From contig NC_068982.1 of the NCBI RefSeq assembly GCF_001194135.2, positions 37,856,799 to 37,920,798 of the forward strand: DNA of 64,000 nt. The letters run 5' to 3'. Below the pieces are notes generated by a model. The model ran no database searches and was not told the DNA's origin. It saw only the letters and a list, made by a program, of their open reading frames with translations. The position numbers and the translations under genes were made by a program. Positions 50,577 to 64,000 of the stretch are shown in pieces (the stretch's first letter is position 1; each line of letters starts with the position of its first letter). This DNA comes from Octopus bimaculoides. Taxonomy: Eukaryota.

Positions 50577-53500
50577 GTAAGTAAAAATATCAGTCATTTA
50601 TTTATTATTTCAATTTTTAAAATGAATTTTGTTGTGTGGGAAGTCTTTAAAACCTATGTTGATGATCCATATAGCTTGTATACTGATTAGGTTAGGATAA
50701 AAAAACCAAAAATGATGAGGGTGAGTGTTACCAATTTCAAACAGCAAAGTTTATTATGGATATATCTTATGATTAACCATAGTTTTATAGCCAAGAATTT
50801 AGATCACAGCAGTATTCTCTTTTACTAGTTGATATCAATCAGATAAGAGAATAAAGGAAACTATTGACTAAATTGTTGTGTTGTTCATTTTAATTAAAAT
50901 TTTCAGATCTTTATGTGACTTATTCTTTGTATTAAAACAATGGAGTAACTTCAAAGATTAACCACTAGCATTAATTGCTGCCTCACATTTCAGGTTTGGG
51001 TATCTTAGTAAGCATTTTCATGCTCTTTTCAAGCTGTTTTTACCATTAAGTTTCCTTCATATTGGACTCCACTTATCATAATCGACAATGGTATTACTTT
51101 CTGAATTCATATCTTATTGAGATCAGCATTGCTTTTCATGAAATTAATTATCAGTCTCATTGTCTCATAGTGAGGATAGAGATTGTAATTGACTAACCCC
51201 ATCCCCTTAATATTGCTGGCCGTGTACCTAAACTAGAAACAGTATTTAATAATAGCATGATTAATTTTCAGTTTTTCTTTTTTGTTATTGGTTATATTGT
51301 CTCAAGTTTTGTATTTGTAGTTGTTTTCCATTTTGTAGTGATCAGGATATATAAGAGCCACATTGAGCAACACATGTAGTTATGTAGAAGCTTCATTGCT
51401 AGTTCTTAATTTATCTCCTTTAACATCTTCCAGACATTGTCACACAACATGAGTCAATAGAGCAAACTCAACATAGTCCCTTGGCCTGCTACAAATAGAA
51501 GTTATATTCTAACAAATAATCTTTATCATCTTTAAAAAAAAAAAAAAGAAATGAAACAAGGGCAATGTAGTCTCTGATATACAAAAAGACATGATAATCA
51601 CAGCTGAAATGTATTTCATTAAGTGAGTTTACTTAATTAGGAAAACCTGGGGCTAAACAGCAAGAAATGTACCAAACAACAGCAAATTTGAATCTTAGTT
51701 CTACAAAAATAGATTAACATTATCTCCAGATTTACTAAGATCCTACTTAACTAGGAATGGTAGAGAATATCACATTTTTACCTTACATTACACTTGACAA
51801 AACCAACTTCCTCCAAAAAAGAAAACAAAAAAACCCACAAAAATCTCCAAATATCTTGCATATATAAGAAAGGCTTAATTTGTCATCCCATTAACATCAC
51901 CATCTGAGCCATATATGCTTTCAGCAGACTCCAGAGTGTTGCAAGGATTCAGATCAGGTGTGTGTTTGGGGGATAACTTTCTCCTCCATGTCTTGGGGAC
52001 TCTGTAAAAGGTCCCATTTCCTTTGGCTAAGCCATAAAGAAAACAACATAAAAAATCTCCAGTTGCTGTAATTACAGCAATCTTCATTCAAAATATAACA
52101 TAAAATAGACATAAAAATAAAGCAAACATGATTGAATATACTAGGATTGCAAAATTTGGTCAAGAGAAGTGAATTTTACTATTAGTTCATATTAGAACCC
52201 TTCAATTGATAAAAAGAACTGCCTATGCAAATTATCATTTCTTTCAAACTCAAGTTTGTTCATTTAATTTTTATCTATTAGTCATTGCAGAATGTCATTA
52301 AATTCCCTTCTATTCTTATTACATATTATTCTTCACACACTTTCTAATGTTAGTCTTTTGAATGGACTAATGTTTAAGCAATGAAAATAAGAAGTTCTGA
52401 TGTTCATAACTTTTCTTCTTTTTTTTAAGTGTATTTAAGCAGAAAAGGATTCTTTCAGAAAAGACAGGAGCTATAGATAATTTAAATCTTGCTAATCCCC
52501 CTAACTTAGTTTCCTTTGAAATATTATAGGTGACTGCTACTGAATTCTACCTTGACATTTCTTCGAAACTGATGCCAAACCAATAAAGCACTATAAATCT
52601 ATAAGTTGTTACTCTATTAAGTGCATCATTATACTGTTCCCCATGGAAGATTTCTTCTCAAAGGAAGTCTACCAACTTATGTAGGGAGCAAATCTGTTAG
52701 AAAATGTAGTCTTAGAAATATAGAGAGTCATTATATTTCTCCTCAACTTATGGTTATGTTATTATCTCAGTCTGATATGAGTGCAAGGAAATGGAGAAAT
52801 TAATTTTTTTGTGGTTGATTGAATTGAGAAAACTTAACAGACAGCCTGATGACAGGTCAGTGAATTATATTGTGTCATTGGCACAACATTGACTTCATGG
52901 CCAAGTCACATAAATCTTAAATGAGTTGGTCTAATTGTAAGTAAGGTGACCCAGAGTGGTGGCAGTTTTTCATTCTGAGCAGCAATAACGTCGCAAGTGT
53001 GAAGAGCTTTTGGTTCAGTTCCTAGAAGATTGGAATAGAATGTCCTGTAGCTCCTAGAGAAAGTTTGCCTCTTAGGGATGGGAAACACACACACACACAT
53101 ACACACACACACACATACACACACACACATACACACACACACACATGGGATGGTTAGGCTAACTTATCGCAGATATGTTATTTGAAGAGAAAATCTTCAA
53201 TGATTATCCTCTGACCAAATGGGACACAGGATCATACATATAAGTACGTATATGTATGCATGTGTGTGAGCATGTGGGTTACTAAAAGTACGATATAGTA
53301 ATTTAGTTGAAGCATTGTCAGATAGATGTGTGAAAAATTATAATGAAGAATAAGTTGAAAAGAGTATTTGAATATTCTTTCTTTAAAACTCCCTAAATAA
53401 GAAATGGAAAACTGAAATATAATGCTGACTATAAACAATGTCATGATCATTATGACATATACAATATAACGAGGAAATTAATTTGATATGGCAGTGAAAC

Positions 53501-53763
53501 TAGATGACATCCAAGAACTTCTGGCATCCAAGAAGCTCTTCATAAATTGTTGATTTCTGGTTTAAATACCTACCAATCACTATGAGAGAAACTATAACTT
53601 CTGTATTCTTGTAAATATCTTCATATCAGTTAAAAGCGAAGACTTTCATGTATACATACTTAGCATTGCTTATGTTTAATAAACAGATGGTTCTGCCTGT
53701 GTAAAACTTTTTATATTTCATGTTTATGATAGTGTAAATTATGTAACTTCTGATGCACTTGTA

Positions 53764-53814
<51 letters not shown>

Positions 53815-53816
<2 letters not shown>

Positions 53817-54105
53817 ATTGATTTGACTCAGGTTTGATCTTATTCCTAGTATGATTTATGTGGTTAGTGGGTTACTATCTGTAACCTTGGGTATCCACAA
53901 TCTTTCAATAGTCTTTCAAGTGCTTAAAACCCCACTGATAATCTTTCCTGTCCCTAAGAGGCAAACTTTCTCTAGGAGCTCGACAGAGCATTCTATTCCA
54001 ATCTTCTTAACCATTTGTCTATACCTTTGCTTACAGTTTCCAATGCACCAATTATTATAGGCAGTTTTCATTATTATAGACAGTTTTCATACTCTATTTT
54101 CTTGC

Positions 54106-54108
<3 letters not shown>
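53815..54108 (-). mobile_element. 3' end of another R4/Dong-type family between (TAA)n tracts
   Basis: Frameshifted minus-strand IIIGALETVSKG..KIGIECSVELLEKVCLLGTGKIISGVLST*. Flanked by (TTA)n at 53766-53813 and (TCA/TTA)n at 54108-54210 on the + strand. Confidence 0.75.
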
Positions 54109-54155
<47 letters not shown>

Positions 54156-54163
54156 CTATATTA

Positions 54164-54209
<46 letters not shown>

Positions 54210-54693
54210 GTTGTTGTTGTTGTTGCTTTGCTTTGCTTTGTTATTCTATTGTCTTGAGGTAGAGTACAGTGCCTTAGCTATGGTAGGTTCTTGAATACTG
54301 TTGACATTGATGTGGTTGATGTTTAGTATGAACATCTGTAGGTTAATGTCTACTGGGAAAATATGAGCAAGGATGAAATTCTAAGGGGGAATGATTGGAA
54401 AATAGGGCTAACATGGAACTTGTTGGTGTGAGAAAGACACTAGGGATGATTAAAAATGAAGAGGTGGGTGCATGAGGTGCTGCTTCCGAAAAGCCCAAAT
54501 TGTAGTAGATATAGAGAGAAAGAGAGGGAAAGATAGAGAGAGAGAGAAAAGGAGAGTGAGAGAGAGAAAAAAAAGAATGTGTGTGTGAGTGAGTGAGAGG
54601 TGATACACTAAGTTGGTGGATTATTGGTTGTAGTGTGTTTTTGAGTAAAGGTTTACCTTTTCAGCAGGTGACCTTTAATTCATTAACTGTTGT

Positions 54694-55062
54694 GTGAAGG
54701 TGTGTGGCTTAGTGGTTAGGGTATTGAGCTCATGAACATCAGGTCATGATTTCAATTCCCAGCAGCACATTGTGTCCTTGAGCAAAACATTTTATTTCAC
54801 ATTGCTCCAGTCCACTCAGCGGGTAAAAATGAGTAGTACCAGTATATCAAAGGGCTAGCCTTTTCACATTCTGTGTCATGCTGGACATCCTTGAGAACTA
54901 TATTAAGGGTACTTGTGTCTGTAGAGTGCTCAACCACTTGCACATTAATTTTAGGAGCAAGCTTTTAATTTCAAGAGCATTGATCGGATCAATGCGCATT
55001 AATTTCAGGAGCATTGATTGGATCAACTGGAATATTTGTTGTTACAACCAACAGAGCGTCAG
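54694..55062 (+). mobile_element. Family E SINE with internal tandem duplication of its 3' hairpin
   Basis: Same sequence as 18019-18316; gagcattgatyggatcaa is duplicated at about 54974-55026. Confidence 0.8.
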
Positions 55063-55702
55063 TTTTATTGACTATTCATGTCTGCAATGCAGTTGGGATT
55101 GCATGTCTGATTTTTACATATGTAACTTTTTTTTTTATTTTTTTTTTTAAGGAAATTCTCAAATATGCAAGTTGTATGTTGAGCCGTTTTATCTTTGTTG
55201 TGAATCTAATTGTATGTGTAGAATATTCAATTAAGTATAGGACCTTAGATTAGAAAGTGTTGCTTCTGAAATCATCTTTTAATTCCTTTCTTTTTTGGTG
55301 GGGCTGGGTTGGATCTTATTCCAATAAAAACTCAAGATTTTTTTATTTTTAGTCTTTGGACATTATTGGTTCAATAACAACAGTAACAATGATAATCATT
55401 TCTAACATAAGCACAAGGCCAGAAATTTGATGAGAAGGACTAGTCAATTAAATCGACCTCAGTACTTAACTAGTACTTTATTTTATCAACACCAGAAGGA
55501 TTTGAACTTAGAACATACTGGGCAGTATGCAACATGAGGATCAGTGGTGTGAAGTGTTTCAGATTGTAAGGGTGTGTACCAGAGAGAATCAAGTTGTCAT
55601 AGAGAGAAATGTATGCAGAATGATAACAGCACGCTTGCTCCTACTAGCACTGAAAAGACAGGGGTATAGAATTATAAGCTGTTGAATAAGGAGAATGCAT
55701 AG

Positions 55703-55766
<64 letters not shown>

Positions 55767-56049
55767 CTACTCTGAGTCAATGAAAAAGAGGGACTAAACA
55801 TAGAAATTGACTGCAGTGTTACTGCAAGGGTGGTTAAGGATATGAAGGCAGGAAAGGAAGCTAGACCATCAGTGATTGTTGTTGCAATACTTGAAATATC
55901 TGGTGGAGTAGGTCATGTGCTAGCTTGTCACTCATAAAGTCAATCAGGTTGTACATAATAAATAAGGCATCATAATAAATGACTAATCATCATCAATTTT
56001 GCTACATATACTTGAGAAAGAGACAAATACATATATATATATATATATA

Positions 56050-56081
<32 letters not shown>

Positions 56082-56509
56082 NNNNNNNNNNNNNNNNNNN
56101 NNNNNNNNNNNNNNNNNNNNNNNNNNNNNNNNNNNNNNNNNNNNNNNNNNNNNNNNNNNNNNNNNNNNNNNNNNNNNNNNNNNNNNNNNNNNNNNNNNNN
56201 NNNNNNNNNNNNNNNNNNNNNNNNNNNNNNNNNNNNNNNNNNNNNNNNNNNNNNNNNNNNNNNNNNNNNNNNNNNNNNNNNNNNNNNNNNNNNNNNNNNN
56301 NNNNNNNNNNNNNNNNNNNNNNNNNNNNNNNNNNNNNNNNNNNNNNNNNNNNNNNNNNNNNNNNNNNNNNNNNNNNNNNNNNNNNNNNNNNNNNNNNNNN
56401 NNNNNNNNNNNNNNNNNNNNNNNNNNNNNNNNNNNNNNNNNNNNNNNNNNNNNNNNNNNNNNNNNNNNNNNNNNNNNNNNNNNNNNNNNNNNNNNNNNNN
56501 NNNTGTATG

Positions 56510-56540
<31 letters not shown>

Positions 56541-56817
56541 ATATATATATATATATATAGTTTTTAAGTCTACTTTTTCCATGCTAGCTTGGGTTGAATC
56601 TTAGGGTAATATTTTATTGCCAGATGCCCTTCCTGATACCAACCCTTAATTTTAAGTAAGATACTTTATTTCACTGGTCTTTATGCACCAAATTATTGAA
56701 CTGCAGGACATATTACTTAACTGGGCAATAAACAAACATCACTACTGGTTGAGTGTTGTGAATATGGAAAAATGTAAAGACAATCACACACTTGCATGTA
56801 CATACTCACACACGTAG

Positions 56818-56850
<33 letters not shown>

Positions 56851-57036
56851 TATTTGACAGGCTTTGGTATAGTTTCTGTCTACCAAATTTCACTCACAAA
56901 GTATTGATCAACCTAAGGCACTTGGACACACTTACTTCAGGTACTGTGCCATAGAATCAAACCAGAAACCTCGTAGCTGTGAAGTGAACTTATTAAATTA
57001 ACTACATTTCTAAACTTTGTGCATACACACACACAC

Positions 57037-57067
<31 letters not shown>

Positions 57068-57073
57068 TATGTA

Positions 57074-57620
57074 TACTAGGTATTATGAGAAAGTTTCCAG
57101 AATGCACAAATTGAGACTATGCTGTTTACTGGAAATAGTTTCATAACAGTTGGTAGTCAGCCAACTGAGTCAATCTACAAATAGGTTTCATGCTGTCTAC
57201 TCATGTTCAAATACTATGTGAAGTTTTGTAGTATTACCTTCAGAACAGCTCTGCAATTTTTAATGTAAGCTAGCAAAGTCAAACAAGGTGCTCGCATGAA
57301 ATTTTGTAAAGAAGCTCAGCAAATCTGCTACCAAGAACCTCAAAATACTTCATCAAGCTTCTAGCATACATACTTTAGATTGAACACAAGTATTTGAATG
57401 ACACACACATTCCAAGGCTGGTTGAATGTTCTTTTAAGATGATGAATATTCAGGATAACCAATCACAAGTTAATCACCAGAAAATGAAGAAAAATTTAAC
57501 TAATCTATGAGGGAATGTCATTAAACAATCTGTCAGAGCCTTCACATGATTGGAATCAGTTATGAAGTCTGCTAGGGGATTTTCATAGAAATGCTGCAAA
57601 GTTTGTTAACCAATTCTTAC
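57074..57620 (+). mobile_element. Tc1/mariner 5' relic (terminal repeat-like end + N-terminal HTH of transposase)
   Basis: TA-started end tactaggtattatgagaaagtttcc. Translation KQGARMKFC / KLSKSATKNLKILHQA..*TQVFE*HTHSKAG*..DDEYSG*PITS matches mariner QRxxIKFC..KSATET..QVFEW..FKxG....DDERSGRPxTS. Confidence 0.8.
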
Positions 57621-57767
57621 CACTCAATAAAAAGTGGCAGCAACTTGTATTTTCGAAAAGGAAATTGAATCTTTAGGGAATCTACTTCAGGATGGTTGAG
57701 GAAATTCATATGGAACTGCAGACAGTATTGGTTGGCTTTCAGGAAAAGAACTTCCCGGTGCTTTTGA

Positions 57768-58030
57768 GTGCCATGTAAAAAGCACTGGTATGGGTGCTGG
57801 TGCCACAGAAAAAGCACTGGTGCTGGTGTCACATAAAAGGCACTGATGATGGTGCCATGTAAAAAGCACCCAATACACTCTGTAAAGTGGTTGGTGTTAG
57901 GAAGGGTATCCAGTCATAGAAACCAAGCCAAAACAGACTATGGAACCTGGTCCAGTCCCCTGGCCTTGCCATCCAATCTATGCTAGCGTGAAAAACAGAC
58001 ATTAAATGTTGATGAAGATTATGATGAAGA
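57768..58030 (+). mobile_element. Family D element
   Basis: Four gtgcc..aaaagcac units, ctgtaaagtggttggtgttaggaagggtatcc, RTE-like tail. Confidence 0.75.
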
Positions 58031-58557
58031 GGGACTGTAATCATTGTGTATGTCCCCAATAGATTATGTTGAAAGGAAGGTAGCCTGAATGTAAATAATG
58101 TATGAAATGCAATATTTATTGGAGTATTAGTGTACCTCTTTTAAGCATGCTTCATGAACTTTCTGATACCACACACACATACACACATATATCCATGCCT
58201 GCACATACACTCACATATTATACATATACATAAACAAATAAATAAAATAACATAAGAGGATTTATATAATCACATTCATTTGCTTACAAATGTTTTCACT
58301 GTAGGGAACTGTGCATCCAGAAGTGAGCGACAGTGTGATGTAGCTTTGTCAGAGCCTGTCTTAAGCCATTCCTTTATTAATTAATATTATGCCCTGTACT
58401 TAGCTTTACTTATCTTCTGGTTCATATAGGAGTCTGGAGGTGAGGACATCAGTGAATTCACACAACCTTGTTATTAGATCTTAAAAATACAATACTTTAT
58501 AAGTGTATTGAATTTTCACTACTGGTTCTGTTGTGGCTATGCAGAAGTATAATATGA

Positions 58558-58890
58558 ATATAGCTGTGTGATTAAGAAGCTAACTTTGCACACATGTGAT
58601 TTTAGGTGTCTTCTACAGCTGCAGGCTGACCAATGCCTTGTGAGTGAATTTGATTGGTGGAAACTGTGTAGAAACCCATCGGTTATATGTCTATGTGTCT
58701 GTGTCTCTGCCCCCTCTCCAATGCTTGACAAATGTTGGTTTGTTTACGACCCTTAACTTAGCAGTTTTGCAAAAGTGATTGATAGAATAGGTTCCAAACT
58801 TTAGAAAAATGAGTACTAGGATCAATTTGTTTGACTAAACCTTTCAAGGTGGTGCTCCAACATGGCTACAGTCTAATGACTGAAACAAAA
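58558..58890 (+). mobile_element. Family A type-1 SINE
   Basis: Same head, core and tail as 26598-26990. Confidence 0.75.
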
Positions 58891-59184
58891 GTTAAATGAT
58901 ATTTATATATATTATACAATATATTGATGACATGTTGTTTTACAGCTGGATGTTATTCACTTCACTAGCCCTTTTATCTGTTATTCAAGTTAGGGATCTT
59001 TTATTTCACTTGTCTTCAAATGTGTAAAGCTCTCAAATGAGTTGTTGGCCAGGAAATGACAACAATATCAATGCTTATTACCAAGCAGTTTTTGGGAGAT
59101 GCACAAATGCAAACAAATGAATAGACACAAACATGCATATATACACACACACATATACATAAACGTACATGTGCATAAAAAAAA

Positions 59185-59483
59185 GTAAAGGCCCTCTTTG
59201 GTCATGAATGACTATAGGATGCATTTAGAAAGTTCCCCTCTAAGGCACAAGTCTGGGCAAGGTTGTTTATGGAAGACTAGCAATCATGCATACATACTAG
59301 CCTCCCCTCTCCAAACCACCGATGTTGTCCAAGAGAAAGGCTTGGCACCAGTGACATTGCAATTCATTTTTACAGCTGAGTGAACTGGAGCAACATGAAA
59401 TAAAGTGTCCTGGTTCAGGAATCGAACTCACTACCTCATGATTGTGAGCCCGAAGCTCTAACCACTGAGCCAAATACCTTCAC
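59185..59483 (-). mobile_element. tRNA(Val-like, CAC loop)-derived SINE related to family E with a different tail
   Basis: Minus strand gtgaagg..tggctcagtggttagagc..ctcacaa..gagttcgattcc, then ttatttcatgttgctccagttcac. Other tail variants at 6005-6330 (+), 13817-14083 (-) and 33030-33240 (+). Confidence 0.75.
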
Positions 59484-61874
59484 ATATGCATATATATTAT
59501 ATACGCTTTCACACGTGCATATATATCATTATAATCTTTATCATTGTTTTAATGTTCACTTTTTCATGCTTACATGAGTCAGATGGAATTGTTGAGGCAG
59601 ATGTTTTACTGTTGGAGGTATTTACTCTTGCCAGCCCTTCCCTGTTTCCAAGCAAGGAAATATTTCCCCCCTGTTAAACATGTTCCATGGGATATTGGAA
59701 ACAAAGGGCACTACTTGCATGATGGTGATGGTTGTTTACAACTATTGCATGATGTTATGACAAAAACAAAAGCACCCAATACATTCTGTAAAGTGGACTT
59801 AGGAAGAATATCCAACAGTAGAAATCATGCCAAAACAGACAATGAAGTTTGATGCAGTCCTCTGACTTGTTCAACCCTGTTGAACCATCCAACACATGCC
59901 AGCATGGAGGGTAGACATCAAATGATGATGAGGATACAGATATATATTTGCAAAATTAATGTGCAGATATGCAGATAATCGTAACACAATCACAAGGAAA
60001 GTTTTAGTTTTATCAGGGAACTTTTTTCACTTAGTATCTTCAATAGGGTGAGAATGAGATAAGGGAAAAGTGGGCTTTCATTTAGTGGTGGTTTTTATAT
60101 TTACGCATGGACTATTTATATATTATAGTCTCATGAATGATTTGGCTGATTGAGAAATCCAATATATCCTATTCTGTTCTTTAAAATTAGAATTCACTTT
60201 TAAGTGAATAATTTCAACTGCAGCTTTCAGAATGCAGAAAGGATATATAATTATTAAAATGTTTGGCTTGTTTAATGTTTAGCTTCCACATTGTGGTGAT
60301 AGCCTAACTCTGAAGTTTGAGGGTTGTGACTGTTCATTTTGTAGAGCATTTCAGTTGCAGTAACATTTCTTCTGAGGTGTGAACAGTTCATTAATTTAAA
60401 AAAATTTTTTTACTGTTTAGCTTCTTTTTACCAGTTTCAGCTTCATTTGTTGTAATGGACCTGAATGCTTTCGTTTGAAATATGTCAAAGTGATGTTATT
60501 ATTTAAAGTATATTAACTAGGAAAAAAACTGATATTCTGCATGATACTTAGCATTTGAGCTTTGTAAAGAATGGTTCCTTCATTTGTATTCAATTTGTTT
60601 ACTCTAAGCCATTGTGCTTGTAGATGATAGCGGTAATGATAACTTCATACTGCCTTTCTTTCAATGATAATTGATAAAATTTTCAATTTGTTTTCATTAA
60701 CTTCCTATAGAAATCTAAGGTTTATTAGCAGATATAATTCAATTTTTGGGTTTTATCAAGATTTAACGAATAAGGCTTAATGCTTCAAATATGGTCTAAT
60801 TAAAATAGCCTCTAAGTGTTAATACAAAGAATTTCTTTAATACAAAGAAAAACTTTAAATTATCTTTAATAGCCTACTTGTTGTTACTTCTAACCTCACA
60901 CACACTAATATATAGATGATTCCAGGTTTCATTCTTCTTTAGCCTTCTGTGTACAGCATCATCCAGTTGCAACCTTGGCTCTTCATACCAGACTCATTCC
61001 AGACTGGCAAGGGACCAGATATCTCAATTGCAGTATGGAAAGTGGGAGAGCTTACAGCCTATGTGATACACAAAGGCATCGTTTTGCTTAATGAGGGTTA
61101 TCTTTTGGAAATTGCAATGATAGATAAACACTTCTCAGTTGGTGATGCTGGATAATTTACTCCTGTTGTTATAGACTATGTTCTTTACTGGTTTGGCTTC
61201 AACACATCTGTGAGGAAAGCTCTTGGTAGTTTTGATTTTTTGGCTGTGTGCAGTGTGTGTGTAATAGGAGTAAGTGTATGCTTTTCTACCTGTTTGTGTG
61301 TATGAGTATACCTGTGTAATGATTTTGAGGGAACTTTTGATGCTTACAGATCACTTTGAAATGTTCTTTTCTATTTGTAGTTTTATTGCTCAATGTTTAT
61401 CAGACAACAGCTTATTAGGAAGTGTTTTTGTAAAACTTGCTTTTTGTTGAAAACATTGGGGCTAGCGTTTTATTCTAATCTGGTAAATTATGGATTAGTT
61501 GCATCTGATTAATATTCATAAGGGTTTACAAACTAGTCATCCACAATACTACTAGTCTGACTTGACACTCTTTTGTTTAATGCTATAAAATATTAAATAA
61601 GTGTGTGATGGTATATTGTGTACCAAAAAACATTATATATTTGCATGAAAATATGTATGTGTGTAAATGTATTTGTATTATTGCATTTTATTGATTTCCA
61701 TTATGTATTAAACATTTTTATGATTATGTACTAAAATATATACTAAATTATAAATTAAAAGGTAGATGTGCATTATATGCTAGATCTAACAAAAGTATAC
61801 TAGGAATTTTGCCTCTAGGCCAGTGAGGAAACCTCTGTTGGCCATTTGATTTGCTAGTAATATGAACTAAATCT

Positions 61875-62088
61875 AAGGTGGTGAGCTGGCAGAAACATTA
61901 GCACGCCAGGCAAAATGCTTAGCAGTATTTCGTCTGTCTTTACGTTCTGAGTTCAAATTCTGCTGAGGTCGACTTTGCCTTTCATCCTTTCGGGATTGAT
62001 AAATTAAGTACTAGTTGCATACTGGGGTCAATCTAATCGACTAGCCCCTTCCCCCAAAATTTCAAGCCTTGTGCCTAGAGTAGAAAAA
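61875..62088 (+). mobile_element. Full-length SINE of the same Meta-like family, with TSD
   Basis: ggtggtgagctggcagaa...gagttcaaattc...gaggtcgactttgcctttcatcctttcggg...gtgcctagagtagaaaa. 14-bp TSD aatatgaactaaat at 61859-61872 and 62089-62102. Confidence 0.85.
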
Positions 62089-64000
62089 AATATGAACTAA
62101 ATTTAATTCAAACCTGTCCTTTCTGTTTAAAAATATATTACTAAAATCATTCCTGAAGCATTGTATGTTTTCATTCTATACTGAATGTTATCCCAAATTT
62201 CATTTAAAGAAAAATGGGTTTCAAATACTACAGTATCAGCTATCTTAACCAAGTCATTTCTGTTGGTAGCTTGTTACTTTGCATTACTTGTGGTAACAGA
62301 CTGTCCTACTATCAGATATATATAATTATAATTTACATGTGTAATAGGGTTTTATTTTTATGCTAGTTATTTCTATTTGTTTATAATTGTCTACTGAAGT
62401 AACCTAAATTTTTAAAAAAATTGAATCAATAAAATGACACTAATGATATTGACAGCCACTTTGAATGTTTCCCAAGTGAGAAATGAGCCCAGCCTATGTA
62501 GAATGAATTTCTGAAGCTACAAAAGCAATGTGGAAGTGTAAATATGCAAATGACTAAAGCGGTAGTTAGTAGCAGGAGCCACAGAAGTCAAACAGTATCA
62601 AGGAAATAACATTGGTCTGTATGTTGGGAGACAATTGTTGTTAAAGAAATATTAGTACAAGTTTTAAAAAGAGGCTTTGATGTGAGTCAGTTTCCACATG
62701 ACAATTGTAAATCTTGAATGGATAGAAAAGCAGGTAGAGAATAACATAATAGTGCAGGCTGTCTTGTACACTTTATAAATGTTGTGTAAATGTGAGCCTT
62801 CACTATTGCAAGTTACACCAATATTGGGTCAATAAATGAATGTTTAGTCAGGAAAATGGCAATTTTGCAGTAGGTAATCATAGAAAATAAAACTGTAAAT
62901 GATAAATAAAGCAAGACATGATGTTTATGCATGAAGCAGTAACTATGCTTAAATTCTACCACATAAAAACTCATTTGCTATATTTCTAGTCAGACAACTA
63001 AATTGCAAATCTTTGACACAGTCACATCTATTTATTATTAAAGGTGTTTTGTTGATTGGTTGAGCTCTCTCATTCAGTGATGAGAGTTCAGTTGCTCAGC
63101 CAACTGAATTACTTCTGAAACAATGTGTAAGTACCTTAGCATTCTACAGATACATAGACCTTTGATGTAATTCTCAGGTAGAATCAGTGACACATTGTGT
63201 GACAAGGCTGCACCTTTTGAATAACATGCAACCCACTTAACAGGGAGATACAGTGTCCATCTCCCAATTTCACTCACTAGATATGGATTGGCCTAAAACT
63301 ATAGAAAATGGTATTTGGTTTAGGTAACACACAGTGGAATTGAACCTGAGATCATCCTTGCCATTGTGAAGCAAAGTTCTTAACTATTTAGCCATACTAT
63401 GCTTACTGTATAATGTACAACCATGCTGAAAAAAACATAGAGTAAGAATTGGCAGTAAACCCAATAAATAACAGTGCAAAAGTGGTGTGGGTGTCTCTGA
63501 AGTTTTGTTGTTATTCATCTGTTTAATTTAATCTGTGAAATTCATAACTGGAAGCTGTACAGAAAAAAATTGGAGGTGTAAATATGCTAATAATTAAAGT
63601 AGTAATTAGTATCAGGGGGCACAGAAATCAAACAGCATTAAAGAAATGATTCTGATCAGTATACAGGACGGAAAGAAGCAGGAATTTAGCACTCAAGGGA
63701 AACATTAGATATACAAGAATGTCAAAGAAGTAGCAGCACCAAATGTGCTAGAAGCAACTAACAGCATAAGAGATCACAGTCTAAGATGGCTTGAATAAAA
63801 CACTAAAATTAGTTCATATGTCCTGTTATTGACATGATTAAGAGCTGCAACTTAGTGGTCATTAAGGCATTGTGAAGAATATATTGCAGTATTTTTCTCT
63901 GTCTTTCTGTGGTCTGAGTTCAAATCACACTAAGTTAATTTTGCCTTTCATCCTTCTGGGGCTGATAAATAATAGGATAGGATAGTGGATTGGTGGAATC

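Noticed and set aside
58429-58445. Possible 10-nt microexon (tag|GAGTCTGGAG|gtgagg)
   Set aside because: Would shift the frame, has a modest acceptor and no other support.
60949-61155. 68-aa ORF as the next CACNB exon
   Set aside because: No KPVAFAVRTN or SH3 similarity in any frame.

Overview
AT-rich, repeat-dense animal genomic DNA from a draft assembly, with nine N gaps, nearly all flanked by simple repeats. The SINE families and microsatellite density point to an octopus or other coleoid cephalopod (my recognition, not a search). The only host-gene sequence I can firmly identify is a 117-nt internal exon of a voltage-gated calcium channel beta subunit (CACNB) at 50460-50576 (+). It is missing from the ORF track because it has no start codon. 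A phase-compatible candidate alternative first exon lies at 46611-46706. The rest looks like very long intron filled with tRNA-derived SINEs, decayed RTE and CR1/L2 LINEs, R4/Dong-type restriction-like-endonuclease (REL) retrotransposon ends, a Tx1/L1 end, hAT MITEs and a mariner relic. Most ORF-track entries are microsatellite or N artefacts. The most interesting observations are: (1) a tRNA-headed element with a minimal hammerhead-ribozyme-like tail (37290-37562); (2) a 4-kb pile-up of different retroelements all embedded in (TAA)n tracts (20800-24760); (3) two long fold-back palindromes in the presumed pre-mRNA; (4) a candidate recursive splice site; (5) three exon codons that A-to-I editing would convert to the conserved residues.
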